From: Vicinamibacterales bacterium
Lineage (GTDB): Bacteria > Acidobacteriota > Vicinamibacteria > Vicinamibacterales > UBA2999
Reading direction: 5' to 3'
Assembly: GCA_035495795.1 (NCBI GenBank)
Contig: DATJFF010000163.1
Location: 43,114 to 107,113, forward strand
DNA length: 64,000 bases
Shown here in pieces: positions 58,693-64,000 of the stretch. Position 1 is the stretch's first letter; every line of letters begins with the position of its first letter. The translations under genes were made by a program, and so were the position numbers. A model generated the notes under the pieces. The model searched no databases. It was not told where the DNA came from and saw nothing but the letters and a program-made list of their open reading frames with translations.

Positions 58693-59577
58693 ATGAAACT
58701 CATCAGCGCACTCACACTCTCGCTCTTCGTGTGCCTTGCTCCGGCCGGAGCGATGGCCCAGGTCATGACGCCAGCGCTCGATGCGGCGTCCGCATCGCGG
58801 CTCGCGGCACTTGCCGCTGCCGAAGCGAAAACGCGAAATGCCGGCGGCTCCATTGCCGTCGTCGACGCAGGCGGACACCTGTTGTTCCTGCAGCGTCTCG
58901 ACAATACCTTCCCGGCGGCGGCGGCCGTTTCGATCGAAAAGGCGCGCACTGCGGCCACGTTCCGGATGCCGACCCGCAACTTCGAAGACGCGATCAAGAA
59001 CGGCCGGCAGGCGCTGCTCGGCGTCGGCGTGATCACGCCGCTCCAGGGTGGCGTGCCCGTCACGATCGACACGCAGGTCGTCGGTGCCATCGGCGTCAGC
59101 GGCGCGCATACCGCACAGGAAGACGACGCGATCGCGCAGGCGGCCGTGACGGCGTTCATGACCGCGCCGGCCATGTCGGGTGGGCATGAGGAAGTCGCCT
59201 ACTTGAACGACTCGCAGGTGATGCAGGCCTTCGCCAAGGGCATGCCGCTCCTCGAAACCGCGGACTACAAGATTCACGCGAGCCGCCGAGTGGAGGCGGG
59301 CCAGGCGGAAGTCCACACGCGCGATACCGACATCATCTACGTCCTGCAGGGCAGTGTCACATTTGTGACCGGTGGCACCGTTATCGATCCGCAGACCACG
59401 GCCGCCGATGAGATCCGCGGCGCGCGCATCGAGGGCGGAACCACACGCGCGCTCAACACAGGCGACGTGATGGTCGTGCCTGCGGGAGTGCCGCACTGGT
59501 TCTCGCAGGTGGACGAGACGTTCCTCTACTACGTGGTGAAGGCCACTGCGCCCGAGACGGCGAGGGGGACGCGATGA
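58693..59577 (+). CDS. secreted GlcG/HbpS-like (DUF336) domain fused to a C-terminal cupin
   Basis: Signal peptide ...APAGAMA|QVMT. AVVDAGGHLLFLQRLD...GGVPV...IGAIGVSGA GlcG blocks. C-terminal ...VLQGSVTF...GDVMVVPAGVPHWF cupin. Confidence 0.7.
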   Translation: MKLISALTLSLFVCLAPAGAMAQVMTPALDAASASRLAALAAAEAKTRNAGGSIAVVDAGGHLLFLQRLDNTFPAAAAVSIEKARTAATFRMPTRNFEDAIKNGRQALLGVGVITPLQGGVPVTIDTQVVGAIGVSGAHTAQEDDAIAQAAVTAFMTAPAMSGGHEEVAYLNDSQVMQAFAKGMPLLETADYKIHASRRVEAGQAEVHTRDTDIIYVLQGSVTFVTGGTVIDPQTTAADEIRGARIEGGTTRALNTGDVMVVPAGVPHWFSQVDETFLYYVVKATAPETARGTR

Positions 59578-61205
59578 TCGGCACCCGTCTGGTAGCGGCG
59601 GTCGCGGTTGCGGCTTTGTCGGTGCCGCTGGCCGCCGCGCCAGCCGCAGTCCGTGGACCGATCGACGGCCGCCCGGACGCCGTGGTCGATCTGAACGCGG
59701 CCGACGGGCTCGCCCTCGTCGGCGGGACCTGGCAGGTCCGCGAGACCGGCCTCGTCCCGGCGAGGTTCAAACGAGTGGCGCCGAATCTCACGCCCACTGG
59801 TTCCGACGCCGACACGTTCGACATCGCTGACAAGCCTGGCAGCAGCGGGTTCGAGCACGCGGCGTGGACCGCCGTCCGCCCCGGGGGGCTGCATGATCGT
59901 GTCGGGCCAGGACGCAGCTCATTTGCCTGGTATCGCCTGCACCTGACCATGCCGGCAAAGGTTGGCGACGTCGATCTCGGCGGGCTCGCGGCGGTCTTCG
60001 AGATCGTCGTGGACGATTACGCGGAGGTCTGGCTGAATGGGCAGCTGACCCGCGGGCTCGGCCAGCAGGGAGGGTCGCTGGTCGCCGGCTTCAACGCTCC
60101 GAACCGGGTCGTACTGACCCGCGACGCGCGACCCGGGCAGACGTTCGACATCGCGGTGTTCGCGGCGAACGGTCCGCTTTCCGATCCGCCGGCGAACTAC
60201 ATCTGGGTGCGATCGGCTGCGATCGACTTCTATCGTCCTCGCCCCGGCGTCCGGGAGACGCCGCCCGGCGTGGAACAGAAGGACGCCCGGCTACCGGCGC
60301 TGCTCGGGGACAGACCCGTGCTCGAACGTCTGGCCACAGGCTTCCAGTTCACCGAAGGGCCGGTGTGGGTTCCGACCGAGCAGGCGCTCCTCTTCTCCGA
60401 CCCGAACGACAACACGATCTACCGGTGGAGCGAGGATGCGGGCCTCTCCGTCTTCCGCACTAAGAGCGGATACTCCGGCGTTGATATCGGCCTCTACCAT
60501 CAGCCCGGATCGAATGGCCTGGCGCTCGACGCGCAAGGCCGGCTGACCATCGCCGAACACGGAAACCGCCGGATCACGCGACTCGAGAAGAACGGTGTGA
60601 TCACAGTGCTGGCCGATCGCTTCCAGGGGAAGCGGCTGAACAGCCCGAACGACCTCGTGTACAAGTCGGACGGCGCCCTCTATTTCACCGATCCGCCTTT
60701 CGGATTGCCGCGCGTGTTCGAAGATCCCAGTAAAGAGCTGCCGTTCAGCGGCGTCTATCGATGGCGGGACGGCCGCCTGGATCTGCTGGCCACCGACTTC
60801 ACGGGGCCGAACGGGATCGCATTCTCGCCGGACGAGCGCTACCTGTACGTGACCAACTGGGACGAGAAGAGGAAGGTTGTGATGCGCTATGACGTCACCG
60901 CCGACGGTGGGCTCAGCAAAGGCCGCGTGTTCTTCGACATGACTGCTGCAGCCGGCGAAGAAGCGCTCGATGGCGTGAAGGTCGACGCGGCCGGGAACCT
61001 CTATGTATCGGGGCCAGGCGGGCTGTGGGTCATCGGCGCGGACGGCGTACACCTCGGCACGCTGAGGCTGCCGGAGCTGGCCGCGAACCTCGCGTGGGGC
61101 GATGCGGATGGCAGGAGCCTCTATCTCACCGCCCGCACGGGTCTCTACCGGCTGAGAACGACCATCGGCCGCAGTTTCGCGCCAGCGAGCGTCACCAGCC
61201 GATGA
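59574..61205 (+). CDS. secreted SMP-30/gluconolactonase/LRE-like beta-propeller protein with N-terminal sugar-binding-like domain
   Basis: ATGA overlap with the upstream gene. FTEGPVW, NSPNDLVYKSDGALYFTDP and PNGIAFSPDERYLYV blocks. Confidence 0.8.
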   Translation: MIGTRLVAAVAVAALSVPLAAAPAAVRGPIDGRPDAVVDLNAADGLALVGGTWQVRETGLVPARFKRVAPNLTPTGSDADTFDIADKPGSSGFEHAAWTAVRPGGLHDRVGPGRSSFAWYRLHLTMPAKVGDVDLGGLAAVFEIVVDDYAEVWLNGQLTRGLGQQGGSLVAGFNAPNRVVLTRDARPGQTFDIAVFAANGPLSDPPANYIWVRSAAIDFYRPRPGVRETPPGVEQKDARLPALLGDRPVLERLATGFQFTEGPVWVPTEQALLFSDPNDNTIYRWSEDAGLSVFRTKSGYSGVDIGLYHQPGSNGLALDAQGRLTIAEHGNRRITRLEKNGVITVLADRFQGKRLNSPNDLVYKSDGALYFTDPPFGLPRVFEDPSKELPFSGVYRWRDGRLDLLATDFTGPNGIAFSPDERYLYVTNWDEKRKVVMRYDVTADGGLSKGRVFFDMTAAAGEEALDGVKVDAAGNLYVSGPGGLWVIGADGVHLGTLRLPELAANLAWGDADGRSLYLTARTGLYRLRTTIGRSFAPASVTSR

Positions 61206-61333
61206 TCGGATGCACCGGGTGGTGCCTGGTCACGGCTGCAGCACCCGGGTTGGCGCGAGCGGAGCCGACCGTTTCGCATTGAACGAGAACCGACGGGTCC
61301 GTCCGGCATCAAAACAGTGGCGAGGAACGTAAT

Positions 61334-61582
61334 GTGACCTGCCGCGAGTTCACCGAGCGCCTCGCCGACCATCTCGACGGCACCCTGCCGCAGCGATCGG
61401 ATCGAGCCGCGCGCCGACATGTGGCTCGGTGCCGGAGTTGCCGGCACTACCGGGCCCACTACCGCGCGACTGTGAATGCGGTGCACGCGCTCGCCGAATG
61501 GGACGCTGTGGAAGCCGAATCCGACGAAGCGGTCGATCTCTCGCGGCTGTTGTTTGCGCTCGCAGCCCGATCGGTGCATTGA
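61334..61582 (+). CDS. putative zf-HC2 anti-sigma factor-like protein
   Basis: MTCREFTERLADHLDG...HVARCRSCRH matches the H-x3-C-x2-C anti-sigma zinc-finger pattern. GTG start, 82 aa, no TM segment. Confidence 0.5.
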   Translation: MTCREFTERLADHLDGTLPQRSDRAARRHVARCRSCRHYRAHYRATVNAVHALAEWDAVEAESDEAVDLSRLLFALAARSVH

Positions 61583-61583
61583 G

Positions 61584-63524
61584 TCAATCGGAGCGGGCCC
61601 GGACCTGTTCCAGAACCGGCTTGAGCGTTTCGAGATAAGGCTGCAGTTCCCGCTCCAGGGGGACGAAGACCATCCAACCGGACCGGTCGGCCCTTGCGCG
61701 CTCGATCTCGCTCTTCACGAGATCGCCGTCTCCAAGCCCTGCGGCGAGCAGCGCGAGGTGGTACGGTGACACGTACCTGGTAGCGGCCCTCGCTCGCAGC
61801 GCTTGCAATCGTTCCCGGGCTCGCGCGACGTCACCACTTCGCGCTTCGACGTAACCGAGGTGCGCCTCCATGTAGTCGCGGCCGCCGGCATATTGCTCCG
61901 CCTTCGCGATCGCCTCGCGCGCCGCTGCAGCATCTCCCAACTCGCGCCGGGTCTGCGCGAGCCCGAGCCAGGCCGAGGCAAACTCGGGACCGAGCTCCAG
62001 CGCCCGCGTGAACTCGCGGGCGGCTTCGTCGAACCGGCCGGCGTAGTACAGCCGGTAGCCGAGCGTCGTACCCGCCACGGCAGACAGCGGATCGAGCGCC
62101 GCCGAGCGCCGTGCCTCGTCGACCGCCTCGTCGAACCGGCGCTGGACCGTGTAGACCGTCGAGAGGTATTGGTGCGCTTGCGCGAAACTGGCGTTGAGCG
62201 CAAGCGCCCGGCCGAGGTCCTGCGCGGCGGCATCCGGATCCCACTGTAGCCAGAGCCGGATCATGCCTCGCACTGCGTAGCCATCCGGCAGCGCCGGGTC
62301 GAGCGCGATGGCGCGCTCCGCAGCGTCTCGGGCTCGCGACAGCAGCACGCTGGGTCGATCGAACTCCCATCCAGGCGCCCCGAGCACGTGGTACACGTCG
62401 GCCAGGCCGGCATACGCCGGCGCCAGGTTCGGGTCAAGCGCGATCGCCTGTTCGAAATACTCGCGCGCCCGCTCCAGCGACACCTCGGTCGCCTGCAGGC
62501 GCAGGTAGCGGCCGCGGAGCACGGCTTCGTATGCGGCTGCCGACGGGAGGCGCGGAACAACCGTCGTTCGCAGCACGGACATCGCCAGCGACTCGGCGAC
62601 CCGCATCGCCACGTCGCGCTCGGTCAGCAGGACGTCGCCGATCTCGCGGTCGTAGGTCTCCGCCCATAACTGTGTCTGGGTTGCGACGTCGATCAGCTGG
62701 GCGGCAATCCGGATGCGGGGGCCGCTGCGGCGAACGCTTCCTTCAAGCGCGTACGCGATGCCAAGCTCGCGGCCGATGTCGGCCACACTTCTGCCGCTTC
62801 CCCGATAGCTGACTACCGTCGTCCGCGCGATGACGCCGAGTTTCTCGGGGTTGAGGGCGCCGAGCTGTGCGATCAGCTCGTCCGTGAACCCCGCACTGAG
62901 GTAGTCCTGGTCGGCGTCGCCGCTGTTGTTCGCAAACGGCAGCACGGCCAGCATCGGACGCCCCGTGACAACCCGATTACCCGGCCAGCCGCGGACAGTG
63001 AGGACTCCCGCAGCACCGAGGAAGGCGACGGCGGCAAGCATCGCCGCCCACCTCCACTTGCGGGCCGCAGGTGCTTTAGGCGGATGCGCTGCAGGGACAG
63101 CAACGGTTTCGACTCCCGGCGACTCGGCTGGCGCGGCTGTCGGCTGTGGAACCGCCGCCGGGACGGAATTCGGCGCCGGCCGCTCGACGCGATGGACGGG
63201 TGCCAGGAAGCGATAGCCGCGTCGCGGCAGCGTCTGGATGTATCGGGGAGCATCCGCCGAATCACCGAGCGCCGAGCGCAGGCGGTTCATCGCCGCATTC
63301 AGCCCGTGGTCGAAGTCGACGAAGGTGTCCTCCGCCCACAACCGATGCTTGAGCTCTTCGCGCGTGACGATGTCGCCTGCCGCCTCGAGAAGGAGCAGCA
63401 GAATGTCGAACGGCCGGCCCCGCAGCCGTACCTCGAGTCCGCCGCGGCGCAGCGACGCCGACGCGAGATCGACCTCGAAGGTCCCGAATCGATACCCTGC
63501 CGGGGGCGCGGGCGAACCGGACAT
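61584..63524 (-). CDS. CadC/OmpR-type winged-helix regulator with TM segment and C-terminal TPR array
   Basis: YRFGTFEVDL...RPFDILLLLLEAAGDIVTREEL...TLPRRGYRF wHTH, a TM segment (WRWAAMLAAVAFLGAAGVL), and multiple TPR repeats. Start set to the ATG at 63524; the longer track ORF runs to 63695. Confidence 0.8.
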   Translation of the reverse strand: MSGSPAPPAGYRFGTFEVDLASASLRRGGLEVRLRGRPFDILLLLLEAAGDIVTREELKHRLWAEDTFVDFDHGLNAAMNRLRSALGDSADAPRYIQTLPRRGYRFLAPVHRVERPAPNSVPAAVPQPTAAPAESPGVETVAVPAAHPPKAPAARKWRWAAMLAAVAFLGAAGVLTVRGWPGNRVVTGRPMLAVLPFANNSGDADQDYLSAGFTDELIAQLGALNPEKLGVIARTTVVSYRGSGRSVADIGRELGIAYALEGSVRRSGPRIRIAAQLIDVATQTQLWAETYDREIGDVLLTERDVAMRVAESLAMSVLRTTVVPRLPSAAAYEAVLRGRYLRLQATEVSLERAREYFEQAIALDPNLAPAYAGLADVYHVLGAPGWEFDRPSVLLSRARDAAERAIALDPALPDGYAVRGMIRLWLQWDPDAAAQDLGRALALNASFAQAHQYLSTVYTVQRRFDEAVDEARRSAALDPLSAVAGTTLGYRLYYAGRFDEAAREFTRALELGPEFASAWLGLAQTRRELGDAAAAREAIAKAEQYAGGRDYMEAHLGYVEARSGDVARARERLQALRARAATRYVSPYHLALLAAGLGDGDLVKSEIERARADRSGWMVFVPLERELQPYLETLKPVLEQVRARSD

Positions 63525-63710
63525 GGAGCCGAGGGTGAGGTGGGACGACTCTACTACACTCGAAACGCCGGTGAGATGTCCGCCCAACTCATTTGGTTTC
63601 ATGCGCTTACCGAATGAGGAACTTCTGAGCGCCGAGTGCGCGACAAAGGCCTCCCACACTCGTATCCTCCGCATGGTAGTGCCATCGAACCCCACTGAAC
63701 GGAGGCTGAC

Positions 63711-64000
63711 ATGGACGCTCTCGAAACCCTGATCCGGCGCGACGGCCCGGCCTTGCTGAGCATTGCGCGGTGCTGGCTGGGAAGCAGCCCTGCGGCGCTG
63801 GAAGCCATCGCTGATGCCGTCGCCACGGTGGGCTGCCGCCGGGAACCGGCCGTCGATGGCCCCGCTCTGAGGGCGGCCGTCCTCACCATCGCCATCGAGC
63901 GTCTGGCTGAGGTCTCGCAGTGTGACGAGGAGACACTCGCCGACCTGCTGCCGGCCTACGACGCCTCCGGCGCACGCGTGACCCGACCTGGCGAGGAACC
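63711..64000 (+). CDS. possible ECF sigma-like protein, N-terminal part (runs off the window)
   Basis: Open frame from the ATG at 63711 to the window end. LIRRDGPALLSIARCWLGSSPAALEAIADAV is loosely sigma-70 region-2-like. Confidence 0.3.
   Translation, partial: MDALETLIRRDGPALLSIARCWLGSSPAALEAIADAVATVGCRREPAVDGPALRAAVLTIAIERLAEVSQCDEETLADLLPAYDASGARVTRPGEE

Overview
High-GC bacterial chromosomal segment. The gene content (TonB, TolC/MFP/RND, a TonB-dependent receptor with a CarboxypepD_reg-like N-terminus, CadC-like wHTH-TPR regulators, sigma-54 activators) suggests a Gram-negative organism, possibly Acidobacteriota-like, but taxonomy cannot be verified from here. I support about 62 protein-coding genes. 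They are mostly housekeeping (purC, groES/groEL, tatA, selB, rnr, ftsEX, gatB, pckA, ispH, folK) or envelope and transport functions. I saw no rRNA, tRNA, CRISPR array, transposase or integrase. Many long ORFs in the six-frame track are antisense shadows typical of high-GC DNA. I moved several starts to internal ATG/GTG/TTG codons, often giving 4-nt start/stop overlaps. Four observations seem most worth following up. (1) There is a family of 7-8-nt-unit tandem-repeat arrays. Six of the seven arrays begin within about 20 nt downstream of a stop codon, and two arrays of the same heptamer bracket a peptidase gene in inverted orientation. (2) A Dlt-like four-gene cluster (MBOAT, ANL adenylating enzyme, carrier protein, secreted MetX-like alpha/beta hydrolase) sits in what looks like a diderm organism. 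(3) A plant-type glutaminyl cyclase gene co-occurs with a strong Gln(+1) pattern at predicted signal-peptide cleavage sites across the window. (4) A PP2C / TPR-GAF sigma-54 activator / PilZ-like module, a collagen-like secreted protein and a lower-GC islet of small ORFs are also present. All functional calls rest on motif recognition by eye; no database search was run.
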